Source: an uncultured Spirochaetales bacterium (GTDB lineage: Bacteria; Spirochaetota; Spirochaetia; Sphaerochaetales; Sphaerochaetaceae). From it: 64,000 bases of DNA. Under the pieces are notes generated by a model that saw only the letters and a program-made list of their open reading frames with translations, was not told the origin of the DNA and did not search any database. Every line of letters begins with the position of its first letter. The stretch's first letter is position 1. The position numbers were made by a program, and so were the translations under genes. The stretch is taken from assembly GCA_949300325.1 (NCBI GenBank), contig CASGDQ010000043.1:2221-66220 (forward strand), in the 5' to 3' direction. This document shows positions 1 through 8,245 of this stretch, piece by piece.

Positions 1-1
1 A

Positions 2-451
2 AAGATCGCAGAGGAGAAGGCATGCGATCCTTTGGACCTTTTGCTTGATCTGCTTGCCGATGAAACGGGAACGGCCTTGATGGTCGATGTCACGCAGAGT
101 GAAGAGAATGTGGAGCGCATAATGGCTCATCCATTGATGGGCTTCGGCACCGACAGCCTGTTTTCCTCTCCTCATCCGCATATAAGGACAAGGGATTCTT
201 CCATGCATATCATGAGAGAGTATGTTTCAAGACGGAAAACGTTGACGATAGAGGAGGCGGTGAGCAAGATGAGCGGTGTGAATGCAAGACGTCTCAGGCT
301 TAAAGACCGCGGTTTCATCAAGGAAGGCCAGATAGCCGATCTCGTCATCTTCGATCCTGTCGACGGGGTTGTGGATACTGTGATGGTCAACGGCGCTATT
401 TGCGTGGAAGAGAAAAAACTGTGTGGACGTTATGCCGGTCAGATACTTTGA
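2..451 (+). CDS. D-aminoacylase / amidohydrolase-family protein, C-terminal part (5' end lies left of the window)
   Basis: The frame is open from the window edge (KIAEEKACDPLDLLLDLL...), so the TTG at 32 in the ORF track is not the real start. The HPLMGFGTDS and IADLVIFDP motifs resemble the C-terminal half of N-acyl-D-amino-acid deacylases. Confidence 0.6.
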   Translation, partial: KIAEEKACDPLDLLLDLLADETGTALMVDVTQSEENVERIMAHPLMGFGTDSLFSSPHPHIRTRDSSMHIMREYVSRRKTLTIEEAVSKMSGVNARRLRLKDRGFIKEGQIADLVIFDPVDGVVDTVMVNGAICVEEKKLCGRYAGQIL

Positions 452-482
452 AAAACGATGAAGGTAGGTTAATATATTACGT

Positions 483-863
483 ATGTTGAGAGCTGGAGAA
501 GATTATTTGGAAGCTGTATTGCAGCTTGAAGCCAAACAGAAGAATCCTGGAGTCAGGATAACCGATATTGCAAACAAGCTTTCTGTCACCAAGCCGAGCG
601 TCATCAGGGCGATGAAGCAGCTTGGCGCGGAGGGCTATATCACGCAGGAAGCCTATGGTGATATTTATCTTACGGACAAGGGGCGCATGAAAGCCAGCCA
701 GGTATATCACAGGCATTCTGTTCTCACAATGTTCTTTTCCGAAGTGCTTGGGGTGGAGCCAGTCCAAGCCGAACGTGATGCATGCCTTATCGAGCATGAT
801 ATAAGCGCAGAAAGCATGGAAAAGCTTTCCACATTTGTTTTTTCATACCTAAAGAAAGAGTGA
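483..863 (+). CDS. mntR: DtxR/MntR-family metal-dependent transcriptional repressor
   Basis: 126 aa. EDYLEAVLQLE, an HTH (ITDIANKLSVTKPSVIRAMKQL) and HRHSVL...IEH match the small MntR-type repressors along their whole length. Confidence 0.75.
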   Translation: MLRAGEDYLEAVLQLEAKQKNPGVRITDIANKLSVTKPSVIRAMKQLGAEGYITQEAYGDIYLTDKGRMKASQVYHRHSVLTMFFSEVLGVEPVQAERDACLIEHDISAESMEKLSTFVFSYLKKE

Positions 864-866
864 AAG

Positions 867-1445
867 ATGTCCAAACTGTATATTTTCGATATGGGAGAAG
901 TTGTCCTGTTAGGTGTTAAGACACTTAACCAGATGGCTGCGCAATACGGCCTCGATTACGATTCCTTCAGAGCTGATTATGGTCTGTATGACAAGCCGTT
1001 GATGGACGGTTATATGGAGCCTGATAATTATTACCGTCACATGGAAAAGAAATACGGCATCAAAATAGATGAGGATCTGTTTTTGAAGTATTTCAATCCT
1101 TCTTTGAATGAGGAATTGATCTTGATGGTTCAGAAGCTCAGAAAAAGAGGGGATCGTGCGGTGATAGGATCCAATACCTTCGCCCCTCATTGGGAAGTCA
1201 TCTTTGAGCGGTTTAAGGAAATCCCGGAAAATTTTGATGCCCTTTATGCCTCGCATCTCATGCATATCTCAAAGCCGGAGGAGGCTTTCTGGCGCATAAT
1301 ATGCGAGAAAGAGAGAAAATCGTATATTGATACCTTTTTCATAGATGATAGGCAAGACAACATTTCAGCTGCACGCGGACTCGGGATTAATGTGCATAGA
1401 TACCTTGGGGATAACAGGGAGCTGGCTAAGTTCTTGGAAATTTGA
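867..1445 (+). CDS. HAD-superfamily hydrolase-like protein
   Basis: 192 aa. N-terminal IFDMGEVV (variant DxD motif) and C-terminal FIDDRQDNI motif. Starts 4 nt after the mntR-like stop. Confidence 0.55.
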   Translation: MSKLYIFDMGEVVLLGVKTLNQMAAQYGLDYDSFRADYGLYDKPLMDGYMEPDNYYRHMEKKYGIKIDEDLFLKYFNPSLNEELILMVQKLRKRGDRAVIGSNTFAPHWEVIFERFKEIPENFDALYASHLMHISKPEEAFWRIICEKERKSYIDTFFIDDRQDNISAARGLGINVHRYLGDNRELAKFLEI

Positions 1446-1467
1446 AGCTGGCATTGCTTTAAAAAGG

Positions 1468-1493
1468 TTCAACCCGGCTTGCACCGGGTTGAA
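1468..1493. terminator. Bidirectional terminator hairpin between convergent HAD and thrC-like genes
   Basis: Perfect 10-bp stem: ttcaacccgg (1468-1477), loop cttgca, ccgggttgaa (1484-1493). The AAAAA on the left gives a T-run on the minus strand. Confidence 0.75.
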
Positions 1494-1515
1494 ATCGTAT
1501 AGGAGGAATCAATTC

Positions 1516-2736
1516 CTAGAAGCTCAGCTTTCTGACAGCTTCCAAGGAATTTTCTATGGCTTCGGGAAGAGTTGCTCTTCCATCGAAAGCTTTCATATCT
1601 TTGAATCCCGTACCTGTTATCAGTACGACGATGCGGGCATTTTCTCCCAGCGTCTTTTTTATTTTCTCCAGATCTTTTTTGTAGCATGCATATGATGCAG
1701 CCGCGGCAGGTTCTGCAAGGATTCCTGCAGTTCTGGCAAGCTCAAGCTGAGCATCAAGTATTTCCTCATCCTTTGCCCTCACACACCAGCCGTCGCTTTC
1801 TTTTATATACCTTACGGCCATGCGCCCGTTTGCAGGAAGATCGACGGAAATGCTGTCGGCTCTGGTAGTTGCCTCCACAGGAAGGAATTTTCCTGTTTCG
1901 AAAGCTTTTGAGATGGCATCCGATTTTTCGCTTTGGCAGCAGATTATCCGTGGCAGATGCTCAATAAGCCCTGCCTTTTTGAGATCTATGAAACCTTTCA
2001 CCACACCTGCTATTATGCATCCGTCTCCCACCGGCACATATACTGCATCCGGAGCTTTCCTACCCATTTGTTCAAATAGCTCTATTGAAATGCTCTTTTT
2101 GCCTTCTATAGTCATTGGATTGTATGCAGTGTTACGGTTTATTCCCCCGAAAAGCCTGGTATATTCTATTGAAAGCTTGAAGGCATCATCATAACTTCCT
2201 TTTACAGGAACCACATGTGCGCCGTACAGCACAGACTGCATCAGCTTGTTTATCGGAGCGCTTTCGGGGACAAAGAGGACGATATCAAGTCCCAATGCGG
2301 CTCCAACGGCGCTCATCGCCGCCCCTGCGTTGCCTGTGCTTGCGAGGGCGATTCTCTTTTCTCCTACGGCTTTTGCCTGTTCTGCCACCAGATAGCTTGC
2401 CCTGTCCTTGAATGAGCCGGAAATCAGCTGGCTGTCAAGCTTGAAGAACGTGTTTTCCAGCCCGTTGAGACTGTTCAGGCGTTTCGCTTTAACCAGCGGT
2501 GTCACCCCCACGGGGAAGGCGTCTTCCTCCGTGACGGGGTAGGGATAGAAATCGGAAGGCTTGACATGCTTCTTCTCAGCTGCAGATTTAAGCACGCTTT
2601 CATCGAGTTCCACTATAAGGTTGCCCTTGTTGAACGAGCTTCCATCGTTTTGTTTTGCGCATTCGGGGCATAAGTACATCACGTCTTCTGTCTCGTATGT
2701 CCTTTTGCAGTCGGAACAGATATATCTGAATCTCAT
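1516..2736 (-). CDS. Threonine synthase-like PLP enzyme (fold type II) with N-terminal zinc ribbon
   Basis: 406 aa. CSDC...CPEC zinc ribbon, PLP-lysine motif SGSFKDRAS, STGNAGAA glycine-rich loop. Confidence 0.7.
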   Translation of the reverse strand: MRFRYICSDCKRTYETEDVMYLCPECAKQNDGSSFNKGNLIVELDESVLKSAAEKKHVKPSDFYPYPVTEEDAFPVGVTPLVKAKRLNSLNGLENTFFKLDSQLISGSFKDRASYLVAEQAKAVGEKRIALASTGNAGAAMSAVGAALGLDIVLFVPESAPINKLMQSVLYGAHVVPVKGSYDDAFKLSIEYTRLFGGINRNTAYNPMTIEGKKSISIELFEQMGRKAPDAVYVPVGDGCIIAGVVKGFIDLKKAGLIEHLPRIICCQSEKSDAISKAFETGKFLPVEATTRADSISVDLPANGRMAVRYIKESDGWCVRAKDEEILDAQLELARTAGILAEPAAAASYACYKKDLEKIKKTLGENARIVVLITGTGFKDMKAFDGRATLPEAIENSLEAVRKLSF

Positions 2737-2763
2737 TTCGAAACCTTCCTGTTTTGTTTAAAC

Positions 2764-4230
2764 TTATTTTCCGTCGATCATGGAATTGAATTCTTCGATA
2801 AGCTCGTCGATCTGTGCAGTCAGCTTTGGAAGGCTCTTCCAGTAAGAGCGGTCATACCATTGCCTGTTGAGTTCCTCATAGGTCTTGCCCTGCTGTTCAA
2901 CCCATGTGTAATACTTGAGGTTGTGGATTCTGAGCCTGTCATAGTAGTTGAGCTCAAGCGCATTGTCAATTCCCTGATGCCTGAGCGCGGCGGCATGCAC
3001 CTTCGCCGCTTCTGTCTCATTGAACGCTCCTTGCTGTTCAGTGAGTTCCGCAAGGCGGGAAGTATACATGACGGAGCTGTCCGTAAGAATGGTGAATACA
3101 ACGTCGTCTTCTTCGAGCTCATAGTATTTTGCCATTTTGATTGCAGAGAGCAGGTTTCCGATGCCGGAGATTCCAAAGAGCTTGAGGTCATCGAGCTGCT
3201 GGTCTGTAAGCCCTTCCTTCTTTAGATAGGATAGGCCGCTTTCCTCGTTGAACAGCCTGTAGATGTCCATGCAGTCCTGATCGTCTATGGAAAGGACCAT
3301 GTCAGTATTCCTTACATTGTGAATCCAAGGCACATGCTTGTCTCCGATCCCTTCGATCCTGTGGGCTCCGAAGCCGTTTCTCAGCAAAGTCGGACACTGC
3401 AGCGCTTCTCCTGCTCCGATCTTGATTTCCGGATATATATCCTTCAGATGATCTCCTGCCGCAAGGGTTCCGCCTGAACCGGTGGAGGAAGCATAGCATT
3501 TCACGTTCTCAGGCTTTATGCCAAGCTCTTTCAGCACTTCCAAAATCGCAGCACCCGTCACCTCATAGTGCCAGAGATAGTTTTCAAACTGCTCGAACTG
3601 GTTGAATATGACGATGTGCGCTCCCCTCTGCTCATCCAGCTCGTGGCATTTGTCGAAGATTTCCTTGACATTCGATTCGCATCCCGGGGTTGCAATGATT
3701 TCTCCCGCCACGGTCTTGAGCCAATTGAACCTTTCCTGGCTCATATCCTCTGGAAGTATGGCTATGCTCTTGCAGCCGAGAAGGGCCGAATTATATGCGC
3801 CGCCCCTGCAGTAGTTTCCTGTCGAGGGCCATACCGCCTGCTGTTCCACCGCATCGAAATTGCCAGTGACCAATGCTGGTGCAAGACAGGCATAGGTTGC
3901 GCCTACCTTGTGTACGCCGCAGGGGAACCATTTCCCGGCAAGCGCTAAAATGCGCGCTCTTGTCCCTGTGATCTGTTTGGGGATTTCGATGAAATTCACG
4001 CCGCCGAAAAGTCCGCCCGATTCCTTGGGCTCGTTATGCCAGTTTATTCTATATAAGTTTATAGGATCGACATCCCATAGTCCCGTGACCTTGAGCTTGT
4101 CGAGAACATCCTTGCCGATGAGGTTTGGATTGATCATCTGCTTGAAGGTAGGGAGCTTGATATGTTTTTCTCTGCACCTTGCAGCATTCTTTTTGATGAT
4201 GTCGTTTTTCTTTTCAAGATTGATGAGCAT
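2764..4230 (-). CDS. PLP-dependent fold-type II enzyme (CysK/CBS/TrpB-like superfamily) with long C-terminal extension, function unknown
   Basis: I chose the ATG at 4230 (MLINLEKK), which has GGAGG 7 nt upstream, over the ORF-track start at 4290. Candidate PLP lysine in GVHKVGATY; STGNYCRGGAY and SSTGSGGT loops typical of the fold. Confidence 0.55.
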   Translation of the reverse strand: MLINLEKKNDIIKKNAARCREKHIKLPTFKQMINPNLIGKDVLDKLKVTGLWDVDPINLYRINWHNEPKESGGLFGGVNFIEIPKQITGTRARILALAGKWFPCGVHKVGATYACLAPALVTGNFDAVEQQAVWPSTGNYCRGGAYNSALLGCKSIAILPEDMSQERFNWLKTVAGEIIATPGCESNVKEIFDKCHELDEQRGAHIVIFNQFEQFENYLWHYEVTGAAILEVLKELGIKPENVKCYASSTGSGGTLAAGDHLKDIYPEIKIGAGEALQCPTLLRNGFGAHRIEGIGDKHVPWIHNVRNTDMVLSIDDQDCMDIYRLFNEESGLSYLKKEGLTDQQLDDLKLFGISGIGNLLSAIKMAKYYELEEDDVVFTILTDSSVMYTSRLAELTEQQGAFNETEAAKVHAAALRHQGIDNALELNYYDRLRIHNLKYYTWVEQQGKTYEELNRQWYDRSYWKSLPKLTAQIDELIEEFNSMIDGK

Positions 4231-4258
4231 TTGCGCCTCCACTAAAATACTGATTTTA

Positions 4259-4286
4259 AGTATAATGGAGAAAGATAAATTGTAAA
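4259..4286 (-). promoter_or_regulatory. Putative promoter of the PLP-enzyme / thrC-like operon
   Basis: Minus strand reads TTTACA (4286-4281), 16-nt spacer, TATACT (4264-4259), then GGAGG and ATG at 4230. Confidence 0.5.
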
Positions 4287-4319
4287 GCAAAAAGTTAACA
4301 GATTGATTATTTTTAGACG

Positions 4320-4910
4320 CTATTTTGCGTTAAAACTAAATTTTCCGCTGCTTTTTGTGATTATTACACCTCTTTTCTTTGCCTCGGCAAAAGCCTTGTT
4401 GAAGAGGGCTGTGACCTGCGCTCCTTTCCTTAAGTAGCCCATTTCATGGGAAAAACAGTCCAAAAGCTGCTTTTTTGAATAGTTAGCCTTGTCAGAGGTC
4501 TCGAAAATATATTTAAGACAGCATATGGCCTCGGTGACTGGGATTTGGTAGGAGTATCTGATTTCCTCCGGATTGTCAGGAGTAGGGCGGAAATAATAGC
4601 TGTCGCCCTGTTTGTGATAAATTATCTGGCCTTGCATTTCCTCTCTTTCCGTAAGGCCCTGTACCGCCATATTTAAGAGTATTGAGCTTCTGAGATAAAA
4701 ATCGAGAGCTGAGCCCATTCTTTGGATTGAGAAGCTGTTCAACAGACGCTTGCATAGAAGTTCTTCTGTTATCGGCGCCTCTTTGTCTATGATTGCCAAA
4801 ATCCTTTCTTTTGTTTCATTTTCGTAATCACCTTTGAGGTAATCGTCGGATTTCACATCCAAAACTTCCAAATTCATCTTTTCATAGGCTCTTTTTTCTA
4901 TCATGAGCAC
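4320..4910 (-). CDS. Hypothetical protein, resembles the stand-alone C-terminal DUF3320-type domain of large helicase-like proteins
   Basis: 196-aa ORF with a weak resemblance (ILAIIDKEAPITEELLCKRLL...). No other motif recognised. Confidence 0.3.
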   Translation of the reverse strand: MLMIEKRAYEKMNLEVLDVKSDDYLKGDYENETKERILAIIDKEAPITEELLCKRLLNSFSIQRMGSALDFYLRSSILLNMAVQGLTEREEMQGQIIYHKQGDSYYFRPTPDNPEEIRYSYQIPVTEAICCLKYIFETSDKANYSKKQLLDCFSHEMGYLRKGAQVTALFNKAFAEAKKRGVIITKSSGKFSFNAK

Positions 4911-4979
4911 AGTTTATCCCCTAATTTTCTGCCAAGCAAGTTTTTATTGGAATGGGGTGTGGATGAAGGATGATATAGT

Positions 4980-4996
4980 GTTGCACTTTGTTGCAA
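4980..4996 (+). promoter_or_regulatory. 17-bp motif copy 1, GTTGCACTTTGTTGCAA (two GTTGCA half-sites 10 bp apart), upstream of ygfK promoter
   Basis: Ends 6 nt before the ygfK -35. Near-identical inverted copy at 32069-32085. Confidence 0.55.
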
Positions 4997-5002
4997 ATTA
5001 TG

Positions 5003-5030
5003 TTGACACTTCGTTTTTATGGTTTAGAAT
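5003..5030 (+). promoter_or_regulatory. Putative sigma70-type promoter of ygfK-ssnA-ygeY
   Basis: TTGACA (5003-5008), 16-nt spacer, TAGAAT (5025-5030), then AAGGAG and ATG at 5054. Confidence 0.6.
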
Positions 5031-5053
5031 TGGAAGTGTAAAGGAGTGTGCTT

Positions 5054-8000
5054 ATGTCTGATATTATGAGACCGGTACCGTTTTCCGAACTCTTGAACAG
5101 GATGGTGGGGGAGTTGAGGAACCACCACAGCGCTTTCGGGATTTCGGAGGAGTTGTTTTATAGAGGGGATGGCAAAAAGAAGATCAAGGTTTTCTCTCAG
5201 GAATGCGAGATGCCGCTTGGTCCGGCTGCGGGGCCTCATACCCAGCTTGCACAGAACATCATCACCAGCTTTCTTGTCGGTGCGAGATTCATAGAGCTTA
5301 AAACCGTGCAGGTGATGGATACCCTTGATATAGAAAAGCCTTGCATCGATGCAAGAGATGAAGGCTACAATGTGGAATGGTCTACTGAATATACGCTCCC
5401 TAAAGCGTTTGACGAGTATCTTAAAGCCTGGATAATTGTCCATATTTTGGATATGGCGATGAAAGAAAAATGGGAAAAGCCGTCTTTCATCTTCAACATG
5501 TCCGTCGGCTATAACCTTGAAGGCATCAAGACAGAGAAGATGCAAAGATACATCTCTTGCATGATGGATGCCAAAAAAGATGAGAAATTCGCTTCTTATA
5601 TCGCGGAGGCCAAGGCCGCTTTGGAAGAGGATCTTTTTGAAGGGACGATATTCGAAGGCTGCGAGAAAAAGGTTATCTCCAATTTGGATAAGATAAGCGC
5701 TTTCATCAGCCCCTCGGTCACCATATCGACAATGCATGGCTGTCCTCCTCATGAGATAGAAGCCATCTGCACCTACATGCTTGCTGAAAAGAAGCTGGAT
5801 ACATTCGTAAAGCTCAATCCTACGCTGCTGGGCTACGATGAGGTGAGAAAGATATTGGATGACCTCGGTTACGGTTATGTCGGACTGAGAAGAGAATCAT
5901 TCGAGCACGATCTGCAGTATCCGGATGCTGTCGCCATGCTTAAGCGTCTTATAGCCCTTGCCAAAGAGAATAAGAAGGGCTTTGGCGTAAAGCTTACAAA
6001 TACGCTCGGCTCTGTAAACGACCAAGGTGTTCTTCCGGGAGAAGAGATGTATATGTCAGGCCGTGCTCTGCTGCCGATATCGACTACGGTTGCCTACCGG
6101 CTTTCCAAGGAATTTGACGGCTCTCTTCCTGTTTCCTATTCCGGAGGCGCCAATGCGCTTACAGTCAAGGATATCTTTGATACCGGAATCAGGCCGATCA
6201 CGCTTGCAACCGATATGCTTAAGCCGGGCGGATATTCGAGGATGACGCAGATGGTCAAGATCCTTGACAATGATGATAGCTGGGCCATGAAGGCTATAGA
6301 CTGCAAGAAGCTTCAAGAGCTGACGGAAAAGGCAAGAGATAAGAAAAGCTATATTGCTAAGGATTTCCGCGGCACGAACAATACAAAGATCAAGAATCCG
6401 CTTCCGCTTTTTGATTGCTATGTCGCTCCTTGCGTGGAGGCTTGCCCCATACATCAGATGATTCCTGATTATGTTGCACTTGCCGGCGAAGGCAGGCTGG
6501 AGGAGGCTCTGGCTGTCATTTATCTCGATAATGCCTTGCCGAATATGACCGGTTGGATATGCGACCATCAGTGTCAGAACCATTGTACAAGAATGGATTA
6601 TGAGGGACCTGTGAAAATCAGGGAGGTGAAACGGCAGTTGGCCGAAAAAGCCTTCGCTTCTTATAAAAAAGAGATATGGGAGAAGCCAGAGGCTGAGGAT
6701 GTCAAGGCCGCTGTACTCGGTGCGGGACCTGCTGGACTTGCTGCTGCATTCTTCCTTGCACGTGCCGGTTTTGCTGTTGATGTTTTTGAACGTGAAGCAT
6801 GTGCTGGCGGAGTGGTCAGGAATGTGATACCCGATTTCAGGATCCCTTCCGAGGTTGTTGAAAAAGATGTGGCTTTCATAGCCGACAACGGGGTTTCTTT
6901 CCATTTCTCGGCGCAGAAAACCATATCCGGTCTCAAGGAGGAAGGCTTCAACTTCATCTTTGTCGCTATCGGAGCTGAAAAATCAGCAGATGCCAGGATT
7001 GCGGGAAATGGTGTGCGCGAAAGTGCCGTCAGCTATCTCAGGAGAACCAAAAAAGGGGAGAAGACCAATCTTGGAAAGCATGTGGTTGTCCTTGGCGGAG
7101 GAAACACTGCTATGGACGCATGCCGTCAGGCTGTAAGGGCAGAAGGGGTCGAGGATGTGCGCATCGTATATAGGAGGAGCATTTCCGAGATGCCTGCCGA
7201 TCATGAGGAGTATCAGGCAGCTTTATCTGATGGAGTAGGCTTTGATTTCTTGGTGAACCCGTATGAATTCAAAGACGGAACGCTTTATCTTGATAAGATG
7301 AAACTCGGAGAGAAGGATGCCTCAGGAAGAAGAAAGCCTGTGGCGACCGGTGAGAGATTCTCAATCCCCTGCACCTATCTGATAACCGCGATCGGAGAGA
7401 AGGCCGATGATGAGAATCTGAGAGCGCTCGGCTATCTGACCGAAGAGGATGGGGTTTATCTTGTAGGCGATGTATCCACAGGGCCCAGCACTGTCGTCAG
7501 ATGCATTGCGGAAGCCCGAACGGCTGTGGAAGATGCGATCGACAAGGTCTATTCCTCCATGCTCGAAGAGGAGGACGACTGCTGTTCTTCGGAAGATGGA
7601 CATGAAGAAGATCATGAATGCACTTGCGGCCATAACCATGGTGAAGATCATGAATGCACCTGCGGCCATGATCACGATGATGCAGGCGAAGATGAGGATG
7701 AGGAAAGCAGGGAGGAGCTTACCAAGGCGGAGAATGCTTATTTCAAGAATCTTAGAAAGAAGAAGAGCTCAATTACATTCTCTGCTGAGAGGGATTCATC
7801 TTCATTCTTCAAGACCGAAGCTTCAAGGTGCCTTGAATGTTCATATTACTGCAACAAATGTGTGGAGGTTTGTCCGAATAGGGCGAACGTGGCTGTTGAC
7901 ATGAGGGCTTGGGAAGCATTCGAGGATCCGTTCCAGATCGTGCATATCGATGCGTATTGCAACGAGTGCGGCAATTGCGAGACCTTCTGCCCACACGATG

Positions 8001-8245
8001 GCGGTCCTTATAAGAAGAAATTTACGGTTTTCAGCCGTGAGGATGATTTTGAATCCAGCACTAACGATGGCTTCTTTGTCGATGATGACAGGGCTCTTGT
8101 GGTAAGGATTGCAGGAAAGGTTTATAAGGGAGGCTTCGACAAGGATGGTCTTGTCGTGGTCGATGGAGTCGCGCCCGAGGTATGCATGCTGATGGATGAA
8201 CTCTTCTTCAGCTATGATTATCTTCTCGGGGATGTGGAGGAATGA
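5054..8245 (+). CDS. ygfK: YgfK-family multidomain oxidoreductase ('putative selenate reductase subunit YgfK'): DHODH-like TIM barrel + Fe-S + GltD-like FAD/NAD(P) domain + C-terminal ferredoxin
   Basis: ATG at 5054 lies 7 nt after AAGGAG. Cys clusters CYVAPCVEACP and CxxCxxCxxxCP, GAGPAGLAAA and GGGNTAMD dinucleotide folds, about 1060 aa. The stop overlaps the ssnA start, as in the E. coli ygfK-ssnA pair. Confidence 0.85.
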   Translation: MSDIMRPVPFSELLNRMVGELRNHHSAFGISEELFYRGDGKKKIKVFSQECEMPLGPAAGPHTQLAQNIITSFLVGARFIELKTVQVMDTLDIEKPCIDARDEGYNVEWSTEYTLPKAFDEYLKAWIIVHILDMAMKEKWEKPSFIFNMSVGYNLEGIKTEKMQRYISCMMDAKKDEKFASYIAEAKAALEEDLFEGTIFEGCEKKVISNLDKISAFISPSVTISTMHGCPPHEIEAICTYMLAEKKLDTFVKLNPTLLGYDEVRKILDDLGYGYVGLRRESFEHDLQYPDAVAMLKRLIALAKENKKGFGVKLTNTLGSVNDQGVLPGEEMYMSGRALLPISTTVAYRLSKEFDGSLPVSYSGGANALTVKDIFDTGIRPITLATDMLKPGGYSRMTQMVKILDNDDSWAMKAIDCKKLQELTEKARDKKSYIAKDFRGTNNTKIKNPLPLFDCYVAPCVEACPIHQMIPDYVALAGEGRLEEALAVIYLDNALPNMTGWICDHQCQNHCTRMDYEGPVKIREVKRQLAEKAFASYKKEIWEKPEAEDVKAAVLGAGPAGLAAAFFLARAGFAVDVFEREACAGGVVRNVIPDFRIPSEVVEKDVAFIADNGVSFHFSAQKTISGLKEEGFNFIFVAIGAEKSADARIAGNGVRESAVSYLRRTKKGEKTNLGKHVVVLGGGNTAMDACRQAVRAEGVEDVRIVYRRSISEMPADHEEYQAALSDGVGFDFLVNPYEFKDGTLYLDKMKLGEKDASGRRKPVATGERFSIPCTYLITAIGEKADDENLRALGYLTEEDGVYLVGDVSTGPSTVVRCIAEARTAVEDAIDKVYSSMLEEEDDCCSSEDGHEEDHECTCGHNHGEDHECTCGHDHDDAGEDEDEESREELTKAENAYFKNLRKKKSSITFSAERDSSSFFKTEASRCLECSYYCNKCVEVCPNRANVAVDMRAWEAFEDPFQIVHIDAYCNECGNCETFCPHDGGPYKKKFTVFSREDDFESSTNDGFFVDDDRALVVRIAGKVYKGGFDKDGLVVVDGVAPEVCMLMDELFFSYDYLLGDVEE
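7607..7669 (+). repeat. Tandem in-frame coding repeat inside ygfK (EDHECTCGH twice, 36-nt period)
   Basis: gaagatcatgaatgcacTtgcggccat (7607-7633) and gaagatcatgaatgcacCtgcggccat (7643-7669) match at 26/27 nt. Confidence 0.9.

Noticed and set aside
4980-4996. Reading the 17-bp motif as a sigma54 (-24/-12) promoter, since TTGCAC-N4-TTGCA resembles TGGCAC-N5-TTGCW and E. coli ygeW-type genes use a sigma54 activator
   Set aside because: The invariant GG is TG. The spacing between the two elements is one nt short. The copy at ygeW points away from the gene. Both genes have good sigma70-type -35/-10 boxes just downstream.
5024-6904. 242-aa and 282-aa minus-strand ORFs within ygfK; similar ones occur within the xdh large subunit at 13734-15611
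   Set aside because: All lie antisense to long genes with strong domain signatures. They have no independent support.
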